Shown here: piece after piece, positions 9,109 through 17,939 of the stretch
Numbering within the stretch: position 1 is the first letter of the stretch
How the letters are laid out: every line of letters begins with the position of its first letter
Assembly (NCBI GenBank): GCA_963718915.1
Contig: CAVRAI010000003.1
Coordinates: 690,001-722,000, forward strand
Reading direction: 5' to 3'
DNA length: 32,000 bases
Origin: an uncultured Chloroflexia bacterium
GTDB taxonomy: Bacteria; Chloroflexota; Ktedonobacteria; Ktedonobacterales; JADMIN01
Notes under the pieces: generated by a model
Database searches by the model: none
Told to the model about the DNA's origin: nothing
The model's input: only the letters and a program-made list of their open reading frames with translations
Translations under genes and position numbers: made by a program

Positions 9109-9704
9109 ACCACACCTCCCGGGGTTCATTAGTTGAGGGTTCGTTCAGCGCGCACTGTCTGCGGTAAACGCGCGCGGGAGACGCATCACGGCGCTCAATG
9201 AGGATGCGCCCGACGGTTTCTCCTGCTGTGCAGCCAGGGCCTGTCGCTCCAGCGTGTGTAACGTCAACTGAAGGGAGGCTCCTGCCGCACTGCTCACTCT
9301 AAAACGAGAATCCCTGCGCCGCATGCAACAAAGGTTGCAAAAATGAAGTGGCAAGTTTTGTGAGAATACCCCTTATGGTGATGCGGTTTTGTATGATAAA
9401 GTACAGATTGCAGCCTATTCGTCGTAGGAAAACAGCCTGTTTGTATGTGTTAACAGGATCAACATACAACCATCTTAACAACTTGCTTCCTGTATCTGTG
9501 CATCGCGCTCTCAGGCCAGAAGATAGCAAATGGTATACATGGGGAAATGCTCGACAGGCGGGTGTGATCGCACAAGGCGTTGTAGGGGTGTAGGTGTGTA
9601 GGTGTATGCAGGAGGAAGACTGTGTATCAAGCGCCGCGAAGGTGTAGCTGATAGTTGCGGCCTGCGTGCGTTTGACGTTCCCCGATAACAGCGCGATAAC
9701 AGCG

Positions 9705-9749
9705 TGGCATATCTGGCGTATCTGGCATCTTTGGCATCTTTGGCATCTT
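9705..9749. repeat. 9-bp tandem repeat x5 (tggcatatc/tggcgtatc/tggcatctt x3) in the kinase-regulator divergent intergenic region
   Basis: Read directly from the sequence. It is immediately preceded by an 11-bp x2 duplication (cgataacagcg, 9683-9704) and, further upstream, by an 8-bp x3 array (gtaggggt/gtaggtgt, 9582-9605). Confidence 0.9.
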
Positions 9750-9951
9750 TAGCAAGAGTCAGGGGCGGTGCGGGCGGACGTGCGTCTGGGTATTGGCGAT
9801 CCCGCGAGGCCGAGCGGAGGGATCATTTGGTGTGCGAGAGCGGCTTCATCGAACGCTTGCGGTTGGAAGAGGCTCACACACGCGCTCAAATGAGTTCGGT
9901 ACGCGGAACAGGGATCATCGCGACAGTGCCCCACCACGAAAGAGGCGAACG

Positions 9952-10605
9952 ATGGTGAGAATCCTGGTGGCGGAAGACCATGAAGTCATGCGGCGCGGTC
10001 TGCGTGATCTGCTCCTGGAGCACCAGGGATGGGAGGTGTGCGGGGAGGCGCGCAATGGGCGTGATGCGCTCGATCTCGCCGTCCAGTTACGCCCCGACGT
10101 CGCCGTCGTGGATATCTCCATGCCAATACTCAGCGGCCTGGAGGCTACACGCCACATTCGCCAGCAATCTCCTGATACGGAGGTGCTCATTTTTACCCAG
10201 TACGAGAGCGGCCAGTACGTTCAAGAGGCGTTGCGTGTCGGCGCACAGGGATATATCCTCAAGTCCGACGCGGCGCTACACCTGACCGAAGCGGTAGAGG
10301 CGCTGGCCAGACACGAGCCGTTCTTCTCGCCGGGCATCTCGAAAACGATCCTGAATACGTTCCTGAACTCGGAAGAGCAGAAGCGTGATGAGGTTGCGTT
10401 ATCCACGCTCACGACGCGCGAGCGTGAGGTGATGCTGATGCTCGCCTCGGGTAAAAGGAATCGTGATGTGGCCGATGAGCTGTACATTGCCCCAGGTACT
10501 GTCATCACGTATCGTGCTAAAATCATGAAAAAGCTGGGGGTGTCTTCCATTGCCGGGGTGATCCTCTTTGCCGCGCGGAACAACCTCATCGTATTCCAAC
10601 GATAG
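9952..10605 (+). CDS. NarL/FixJ-family response regulator (REC + LuxR-type HTH)
   Basis: MVRILVAEDHEVMRRGL...PDVAVVDISMP...IFTQYE (receiver acidic pocket and phospho-Asp context). The C-terminus LTTREREVMLMLASGKRNRDVADELYIAPGTVITYRAKIMKKLGV is a LuxR HTH. ATG at 9952 is preceded by GAAAGAGG; the track start at 9793 adds an implausible Arg-rich leader. Confidence 0.92.
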   Translation: MVRILVAEDHEVMRRGLRDLLLEHQGWEVCGEARNGRDALDLAVQLRPDVAVVDISMPILSGLEATRHIRQQSPDTEVLIFTQYESGQYVQEALRVGAQGYILKSDAALHLTEAVEALARHEPFFSPGISKTILNTFLNSEEQKRDEVALSTLTTREREVMLMLASGKRNRDVADELYIAPGTVITYRAKIMKKLGVSSIAGVILFAARNNLIVFQR

Positions 10606-11294
10606 GCAATGTACGCGATATGGCGTAGAAACCATGTGAAACGGGCATCTTTGCATACAGTGATTATCGACATAAAATACTACAAAAGCTGTATACAAAG
10701 TCCCATCGACTGGTGCTATAGTACTGGTGTGCTCAAAACGCACCGATACCTTTGTGCAAGGGCATCGTCGCTCCTCCGTCGAATGGCTAATGTACCTGAT
10801 ACTACAGTGTGTCATACGACAATGCGTCCAATGCCTTAGTCCTACCAGTTAACCCCCTCTCAGGGCGCAGTTCTGTGCGTTCACGTACCATCTTCAGGTA
10901 CCCCTGGGAGAGATGCACAGGTCCTTGCAAAGTGTCCTGGATCTGCCACACCGCGTGGCAAACGTAGCACAAGAGCCTGGAGAGTTCTTCCCGATCTTCC
11001 TTGTGACAGGACGGATCCCAACAATTACCAGGAACTGGGATGGAAGACGGGATAGGATATAAGCGGTGATTGCCTCGCTGCCCGTACGGCAAAGAGATGC
11101 TGAGGGATGTGGTAATGCATCCCTGAACATTGGCGAGGCGCTCATTGTGGCGGCATGGCGCACGTCGTTGCACCCCGGCAAGCCGACGTGGCGGAGCCGA
11201 CACTGCCGCGATGCTAGTGCGGCGCTTCACGAGCGCCCTAGCTGCTGACTCTCCTCTCAGGAATCTCCGCATTACCCAAGGGAGGAGACGATCC

Positions 11295-13640
11295 ATGGGT
11301 ATCCCTCTCGTCACAGTTCGGCATGGGCTTGTGAGCGTGTCGATGGACATTGGCTCCGCTGAATGGTTCACCTTGCTCGATAGGATCGACATTTTTGCCG
11401 TTGAGGCACACGATATCTCGTTCCTCGTGCGACGCATGCATGATGGAGCGTTCGCGCTCTGGCTGGCCTTTTGCTCGATTGACAATGACCCACGCTGTGT
11501 TGTGGTGGGTTCGGCGTCGGAACTCACGCGAGAGCGGCTGCTGACGGCAGCGCACCAGCTCGCGAATTGGGATACGGTCACTCCCGAATTTCAGGTAGAG
11601 CTGGAGCGAGAAAGCGCGCCTATGCCGCAGCTGTCTGTCACCAGCCCGGATCTCCTCGTGACCAAGTTAGAGATGCCTACCGTCACCAGCAGGACGCTGG
11701 TTCGCACACAAGCCATTGACCGCATGGCGCGCGCGCTGGATTATCCTCTCACCGTCGTCAACTCGCCTTCTGGCTATGGCAAGACGACCCTCGTGGCAGC
11801 ATGGGCGAGCGAGACCCCTGCGCGGGTGGCTTGGTTGCTGCTGGATGAGAACGACAACGACCCGGTGCGCTTCTCCACCCATCTGCTCGCCGCTCTCGAC
11901 CGGGTTGTCCCTGGTCTGCTTACCGCGGTACTACCCTATGTGCAGAACGCGCAGACGCATCTCTCTGATGGATCGCTCATCTCCCGGCTCATTAATTCAC
12001 TGACCTCGACTGATGGTCACATTGCCCTCGTGCTCGATGGGTACCATACGATCAGTCAAGACAATGCGGTGATCCAGAACGCGATGAACTACTTCATCGA
12101 AAACCTGCCACCCCACGTCCATGTCATCGTCCTGACTCGTACCAGCGTCCCCTTGCGCCTCCCATGGTTGCGCGTTGCCGGGCGGCTGTTTGAATTGCGC
12201 ATTGATGACCTGCGCTTCACGGAAGACGAAGCGCGCGTATTTCTGGAGCGACGGACAGGCTCGGACGTAGCGCCTGAGGTCAGCGCGCGCATTCACCGAC
12301 GCACTGAGGGCTGGGTGGCTGGGCTGCAGCTTGCCGCGTTCGCGCTCGAAGATTCGCGCACTCCCGCGGAAAATGTGGCAGACCTCCTGAGTGAGAATCG
12401 CAATGTCGTCGATTTCATCGCGGAGGAGGTGCTCACGCGACTGCCGCATGCGGTCAGCGAGAATGTCTTGTGGATGGCCGCACTGGACCGGTTCAACGTG
12501 GCGCTCTGCGACGCGCTGCCAGGGATCGTGGACAGCCAGACGACGCTGGAGACCCTCGAGCGCGAAAACGCATTCCTCGTCCCGGTCGATGACCCCTCCG
12601 GCTGGTACAGGTTCCATAGACTCTTCCGGGAGGTGCTCTGGAAGCGGCTTCAACGGACGCACAAAGAAGAGTTGGCCGAGATGCATCGCCAGGTGAGCGC
12701 CTGGTATGAAGCCCATGGCATGACGCGCGATGCGGTTCACTATGCGTTGCATGCGAGCGATGAGCACGCGGTTCTGCGCATCGTTCGTGAACTTGCCAAT
12801 CGTGTCTTCGAGAGCGGATCCTCCCCGTCCGACCTCCGGGCACTGGCGCAATGCCTTGATCTTCTGCCCGCGGACATGATACAGAAGCATCCGCAGCTCT
12901 GTCTGATTGAAGCGCAGATGTTCGTACAATCAGGCGATCTCGACGAGGCCGAACTGTGGCTGGAAGCCGCCGATACGCATATCTCTCAGGATATGACAGT
13001 GGATGGCGAGACAGCTGCATCAGGCGACCATATGCGTATGCGGGACGAGATCATGCAGGTTCGGGGCATCATCGCGCGACTGCGCAAGGGAAGCCCTCCC
13101 GCCGATGGCTGGCAGTCAGCCCTGATGCACGCGCCGCACGCATCGCATTCATCGCATGCGTGGGAGCCTCAAGCCGCCATGTTGTCCACACTGTCCATAT
13201 CGTCCGTATCGTCCGTGCCACCGCGCGCGCAACGCATGCCCCAGCGTACCGATGCGCACCATTCCTCCACCGTTCCTGGACCTCTGGTCATTTACGAGCG
13301 AGTCACCGCGCGCGAAAAGGAGGTTCTGGTGCTGCTCGCCAAAGGCGAACCCAATCAGGTGATCGCTGACGATCTCACCATCGCCGTCGCGACGGTCAAG
13401 CGCCATCTGAGCAACCTCTACCGCAAGTTACAGGTGGATAACCGGACTCAGGCGGTGTGGCGAGCCTGGACCCTTGGCCTGCTCGACGACCTTCCTGCCG
13501 ATGGCGCGGATACATTGGCGCCTCATAGCGACCGGACTAAGCCGGACGAGCGCGGTGCGGGTATGAGTATGCCTCGGTGGAATAACTTCCCCAACAGCAA
13601 TGGCAACGGCAATCTTCCCCCTGGCATCACGCCGGGATAG
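11295..13640 (+). CDS. MalT/LAL-type STAND ATPase transcriptional regulator with a C-terminal LuxR HTH and an extra N-terminal domain
   Basis: Walker A VVNSPSGYGKTTLV and Walker B ALVLDGYH. A long helical/TPR-like middle region follows. C-terminal HTH LTAREKEVLVLLAKGEPNQVIADDLTIAVATVKRHLSNLYRKLQV. ATG at 11295 with GGAGGAG (11281-11287) upstream; the track start is 11130. Confidence 0.9.
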   Translation: MGIPLVTVRHGLVSVSMDIGSAEWFTLLDRIDIFAVEAHDISFLVRRMHDGAFALWLAFCSIDNDPRCVVVGSASELTRERLLTAAHQLANWDTVTPEFQVELERESAPMPQLSVTSPDLLVTKLEMPTVTSRTLVRTQAIDRMARALDYPLTVVNSPSGYGKTTLVAAWASETPARVAWLLLDENDNDPVRFSTHLLAALDRVVPGLLTAVLPYVQNAQTHLSDGSLISRLINSLTSTDGHIALVLDGYHTISQDNAVIQNAMNYFIENLPPHVHVIVLTRTSVPLRLPWLRVAGRLFELRIDDLRFTEDEARVFLERRTGSDVAPEVSARIHRRTEGWVAGLQLAAFALEDSRTPAENVADLLSENRNVVDFIAEEVLTRLPHAVSENVLWMAALDRFNVALCDALPGIVDSQTTLETLERENAFLVPVDDPSGWYRFHRLFREVLWKRLQRTHKEELAEMHRQVSAWYEAHGMTRDAVHYALHASDEHAVLRIVRELANRVFESGSSPSDLRALAQCLDLLPADMIQKHPQLCLIEAQMFVQSGDLDEAELWLEAADTHISQDMTVDGETAASGDHMRMRDEIMQVRGIIARLRKGSPPADGWQSALMHAPHASHSSHAWEPQAAMLSTLSISSVSSVPPRAQRMPQRTDAHHSSTVPGPLVIYERVTAREKEVLVLLAKGEPNQVIADDLTIAVATVKRHLSNLYRKLQVDNRTQAVWRAWTLGLLDDLPADGADTLAPHSDRTKPDERGAGMSMPRWNNFPNSNGNGNLPPGITPG

Positions 13641-13808
13641 CCTGGGCGCCGCCCGCTGGCTATCCCGGTTGGCGCGGAATCTCTCGCAGCGTTTCTCGCA
13701 TCGCCAGGCTGAGCCAATGGCAGGCTCCGTACGTCAGGTCACGAGCATGAGTCATACCAATTCCGGCTGGGTTGTTGTATGTGGGGAGCGTGCCGGAAGC
13801 CCAATGTA

Positions 13809-14075
13809 GTTTTAGAAAGCACCAGGGACACGGGCTGGGCAGCGCGGGCGGTTCAAACCGCGCCTGTGGGGCCTGCGGCCACCAAGTCCGCCGTCGCGGA
13901 CTCCCAGACCGTGTCCCAACGCGCTCCCCGTTGGCGAGCGGTTCTGGGCAACCCGCGCAGGCGGGTGTCGTGGCGGAGCAGGTGCAGCAGGCGGAGCAGG
14001 CGCAGCAGGCGAGGCGCAGCAGGCGAGGCCCTTCAGGCGCGACTTCAGTCGCCAGCCGCCGTGGCGGTCCGTCGT
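13809..14075 (+). repeat. GC-rich MITE-like repeat, element A, copy 2
   Basis: See copy 1 (7293-7559) for the alignment. This copy carries its own internal short tandem arrays (gcagcaggcg-type units at about 13975-14030). Confidence 0.85.
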
Positions 14076-14078
14076 AAT

Positions 14079-15210
14079 TAACGTGAGTTCGGGATAACTA
14101 CAGGGTAACATGAACGGGCATCTCCTGCTCTTGGACGAGGGAGGGTTTCTTGGGTTGGCGGCAGTAGGCGACCAATCCGGCGAAGAGATGCACGAGGAAG
14201 TTGAGCGGGCTGCGGTGGCGGGTATGCTCAATCTGGCAGATGTTCTTGAGTTGGTCGTTGATGCTCTCAATGATCGCCCGTTTGCGGAGCAGGAGTTTGT
14301 CGGCCAGGGGCATGAGCACATGGCGCATATTTTTGCGCAGTTTGGTAATGAGGCGCAGGCGCTGAGTGAGCAAGAGCTGCTCAGCGAGCGCTGCTCAGCG
14401 AGCGCTGCTCAGCGAGCGCCGCCGAGATGTAGCCTTTGGTAGCCTTTGTCGGCGAAGAGGCGGCCGAAGAGGCGACCGAAGAGGCGGACCGAAGAGGCGG
14501 CCGAAGAGGCGATGCGTGCCACGCACCAAGCGTGGCACAGGCTGACGGTCATCGACGTTGCCGGGGGAAGACAAAACGCCAGCAGTTCGCCGCGGTCGTT
14601 GACCACCAGATGCAGTTTGAAGCCGAAGAACCAGCCCACCGAGGTCTTGCCCCGCCGGGCATCCACGCGAAAGACCCGATGCTGGTGGATGCGCGCCGGG
14701 TGACAGACCGCGAGGGCCGTCGAGTCAATGAAGCTGACACGAAGCTGACACCGGTGCAGGTTCCACATTGCGTGCGCAGGTAGACGGCGAGCGGAAGGAG
14801 GACTCGCGGCAGCAATTCGATGCAGCAATTCGATGCAGCGATTCGATGCAGCGATTGTAGCTCACGAGGTGCGGAAACTCCCGGCGCAGATGCACCTGCA
14901 CATACTCAGTATAGAACGCTTTGTATAGAACGCTTTGAAGGTGCGGTAGCCCGACTGCTGCAAGAGGATCGCGATGGTCATAATTTCACTGGGATGCAGC
15001 CGGGTCGCGCGTCGACGACGGCGCGTCCCCGAGACGAGCAACTCGCGCTCCCACCACGGCTCAAAGACCTGCCAGAACGCATCCACGGAGCAGTACAAGG
15101 CGTCCAGGTCGAGTATACTCATGACATGCCTCCATTCAGGGACTGACGGGGTGTCGTAAACCGCATCATATCTCTGTTGAAGGCATTTCGCTTATCCCGA
15201 ACTCACGTTA
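14079..15210 (-). mobile_element. IS982-family insertion sequence (about 1.13 kb) with perfect 19-bp terminal inverted repeats and a disrupted transposase
   Basis: IRs are taacgtgagttcgggataa (14079-14097) and its exact reverse complement (15192-15210). The element sits between element A copy 2 and element B copy 2. I see no convincing target-site duplication. Confidence 0.85.
14098..15122 (-). pseudogene. IS982-family transposase pseudogene, split into 3 ORFs
   Basis: Fragments are 14862..15122 ([25 protein letters not shown]), 14409..14828 ([16 protein letters not shown]...GKTSVGWFFGFKLHLVVNDRGELL...LFADKGY) and 14098..14373 ([52 protein letters not shown]). These match the IS982 transposase motifs as I remember them. 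The frame breaks coincide with the tandem duplications described in the findings. Confidence 0.85.
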
Positions 15211-15215
15211 TTTAG

Positions 15216-15283
15216 TAAAACGACATAAGGCCCCGGCGAATGGGGATGGAAATTCGCCGTAGCGTTCACGCTACGGCCTGCCT
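15216..15283 (+). repeat. hairpin-bearing repeat, element B, copy 2
   Basis: Same orientation as copy 1. Hairpin gccgtagcg-ttca-cgctacggc at 15256-15277. It starts 6 nt after the IS982 right end. Confidence 0.8.
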
Positions 15284-15504
15284 TCCGTATGACAACAGTC
15301 CAACCGGATGGAGTATCAGGAGGATAGCGCGACGATTTGCTCAGGCGCGGATGCTCATGTGGCTTTCTACAACTTTTGGCCCATGCGTCTGACGCGGTTG
15401 TATAGTCTCGTTAGGTTCTAGATGGTGTAGCGCGTAGCGTTGGATGGAGGTGAGCGCGAGAGTAGCGCATATCGCGATGGCGCAGTAGTAGGAGGTGAAC
15501 CGTT

Positions 15505-17652
15505 TTGCGACTCCTGAATCGCATCACGTTCCATGAATCGTATCAGCACTATAGGAAGTCCGTTGCCCTTGCTATACGTCAAAAGATTCAGGGGATATCC
15601 CTGAGTCAGTTGCGTCGTTCCGCGAAAGACGTGGCGGCGAGCCATTCCATGCATGTTGCGGTGTTGGTCGCGGCCGCCTATTTGCTGGGCGCGCAGTTCG
15701 GCTTTTCGCTGCGTTTTCCCGCGTCCCCTCTCTCGGTGATCTGGCCGCCGAATGCTATTTTGCTCGCCGCGTTTCTGCTCACGCCCACCCAGTTGTGGTG
15801 GCCAATACTGCTGGCGGTCTTACCAGCGCATGTGATTGTGGAGTTCCCAAATGGCGTAGACTTCTCGACAATCATGGGGCTTTATGTGACCAATTGCGGG
15901 CAGGCATTGCTTGGCGCGGTTGGCATACGGTACGTGTTTAGCGAATCTGCTCGCCTGGACAGTCTGCGGCGCATTGCGGTGTTTGGCCTGTGCGCCGTTT
16001 TCGCCGCTCCATTTATCGTTTCTTTCCTGGATACCGCCGTCTCTATGCTCACCCATTGGGAAATGCGCAATCAGTTCGCATTGCACTGGGAAGAGCGATT
16101 TGTCTCGAACGCATTGACGACCCTCATCCTCTCACCAGTCATCCTGGTTATCGCGAATCGCTGGCGTGAGTGGTTACCACAGGCGACCCCGCGTCGCTGC
16201 CTGGAAGCCGCCGCACTGGCTATCTCCGTGATGGTGGTTGGGGTTCTTGTCTTTGGTACAGATGTCATCGCGATCTCAGGCCAGAGCGCCTTTTTGTTCC
16301 TGCCACTTCCGTTCCTCATCTGGGCAGCCGTGCGCTTTGGCGTTGGCGGAACCAGCATGGCTCTTCTTGGCTTCGTGCTGCTCTCGACTGGCTGGAATAC
16401 GGAGGCGGCGCATGGGCCGTTCGTCGCGCCCACACCAGCCACCTCGGTTCTCGCGCTTCAGCTTTTTCTCATATCGCTCTCCGCGCCCATGCTGCTGCTT
16501 GCGGCGTTGATCGAAGAGCGTAACCGCACGGCCGCGGAGCTGCGTCGGAGCAAAGAGCAGTATCGCGATCTGGTCGAGACGCAAACGGAGCTTATCTGCC
16601 GCTATCGTCCCGATGGGACACTGACCTTCGTCAACGAGGCCTACTGCCGTTACTTCGGCGCCAAGCGTGAAGAGCTTCTTGGCCGCAAGTTCTTCGATCT
16701 GCTGCCAGTGGAGGCAAGCAAAAGATCCCAGACAGCGCTGGAACGCTTTGCGCGCAAACCCCTGGTAGTCAGCGACGAACATACCGTGGCGCTGTCTGAT
16801 GGGACAATCGGCTGGCAGCACTGGACGGAGTATCCCATCTTTGATTCGGATAGCGACTTTGTGGAGGTTCAGGCGATTGGGCGCGATATCACCGAGCGCA
16901 AGCGCGCCGAACAGGAGGTGATGCGGCTGGCGGGGCATCTGCTGCGCGCGCAAGAGGATGAGCGACGACATATCGCGCGCGAGCTGCATGATGGGACGGC
17001 CCAGACGCTAACGGGCATAGAGTTTATTTTTGGGCGTCTGCACAAGGGGCTTCTCGATGAGTCCATGGATAGGGCAAAAGCCGTCCAGCTGGTGGCCGAG
17101 GGCTGCGAGCTGGCGTCCGACGCTGTGCAGGGGATTCGCTCGCTCTCGTATTTGCTGCATCCTCCTGAGCTGGAGCATATCGGCCTTGCGGAGGCGATTC
17201 AGGCATACGCGGATGGCTTCACCCGCCGCAGTGGCATCGCCGTCTCGGTGGATGCCCCACAGGGCTTCGCCCGTCTCAACCAGGATGCCGAGATCGCGCT
17301 CTTCCGTGTTGTGACGGAGTGCCTCACCAATGTGCTGCGACACTCAGGCAGCACGCACGCGCGCATACGCTTATTCGCCGGTCTGGGCTGCGCCGCGGTG
17401 TGGGTGCGAGATTTCGGCCAGGGGATGGAGCCGTCTGTCGCGCGCCCTGTGGATGGAGATTCCGGCGCGCTCAGTGTGGGCATTCCCGGTATGCGGCAGC
17501 GGATGCTGGAATTTGGTGGGCGGCTCAAAATCAGAACCGGGGCAGGTGGAACGAAGATCATTGCCATCCTTCCGGCGCGACAGACGCCAGCGAGTCGTGC
17601 GCTCGATCCCGATGCGCTCGATATTGGCGTGTCTCTGTCAGAAGCGGGTTAA
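15505..17652 (+). CDS. membrane sensor histidine kinase: MASE1 - PAS - HisKA_3 - HATPase_c (NarX/DegS class)
   Basis: TTG start at 15505 with AGGAGGTG (15490-15497) upstream. The MASE1-like N-terminus has AAAYLLGAQFGFSLRFPASPLSVIWPPNAILLAAFLL and about 8 TM helices. PAS region: YRDLVETQTELICRYRPDGTLTFVNEAYCRYFG...IGRDITERKRAE. HisKA_3 H-box: RRHIARELHDGTAQTL. ATPase region: ECLTNVLRHSG...VRDFGQGM...GIPGMRQRM. Confidence 0.9.
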   Translation: MRLLNRITFHESYQHYRKSVALAIRQKIQGISLSQLRRSAKDVAASHSMHVAVLVAAAYLLGAQFGFSLRFPASPLSVIWPPNAILLAAFLLTPTQLWWPILLAVLPAHVIVEFPNGVDFSTIMGLYVTNCGQALLGAVGIRYVFSESARLDSLRRIAVFGLCAVFAAPFIVSFLDTAVSMLTHWEMRNQFALHWEERFVSNALTTLILSPVILVIANRWREWLPQATPRRCLEAAALAISVMVVGVLVFGTDVIAISGQSAFLFLPLPFLIWAAVRFGVGGTSMALLGFVLLSTGWNTEAAHGPFVAPTPATSVLALQLFLISLSAPMLLLAALIEERNRTAAELRRSKEQYRDLVETQTELICRYRPDGTLTFVNEAYCRYFGAKREELLGRKFFDLLPVEASKRSQTALERFARKPLVVSDEHTVALSDGTIGWQHWTEYPIFDSDSDFVEVQAIGRDITERKRAEQEVMRLAGHLLRAQEDERRHIARELHDGTAQTLTGIEFIFGRLHKGLLDESMDRAKAVQLVAEGCELASDAVQGIRSLSYLLHPPELEHIGLAEAIQAYADGFTRRSGIAVSVDAPQGFARLNQDAEIALFRVVTECLTNVLRHSGSTHARIRLFAGLGCAAVWVRDFGQGMEPSVARPVDGDSGALSVGIPGMRQRMLEFGGRLKIRTGAGGTKIIAILPARQTPASRALDPDALDIGVSLSEAG

Positions 17653-17939
17653 TCACATCAGTAATCACATCAGGACGACCAATTCCCGCACGTATGAAGG
17701 GCGAGGCCAGGCTCTTCCAGAGGGAGGATAGAACACTCCCCCTCCAGTCTCGCCCTGCGCATGGGGACATAGGGTGCGCCGCTGACTATAGTGCATCTAT
17801 GCCCGCCATGTCAGCAGGCGCTACTCCGCCCGCTTCCCGATGAGCCTTATGAGCCGCGTCAATGGCTGGTGCAGGGCAGCGATTCTCCTACTCCTACGAT
17901 CACGAGAAGATGGAATCTTTTCAGAACAGGAGACAAGAC

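Noticed and set aside
10802-11581. 259-aa minus-strand ORF spanning the intergenic region and the 5' end of the STAND regulator
   Set aside because: It is Ser/Arg-rich and antisense to a well-supported gene over half its length. It has no SD and no recognisable motif.
5200-15320. Shared 14-mer gatggagtatcagg at about 5201 and about 15307
   Set aside because: My rough estimate is that a few chance 14-mer matches are expected in a 32-kb window when both strands are considered. The flanks do not align.
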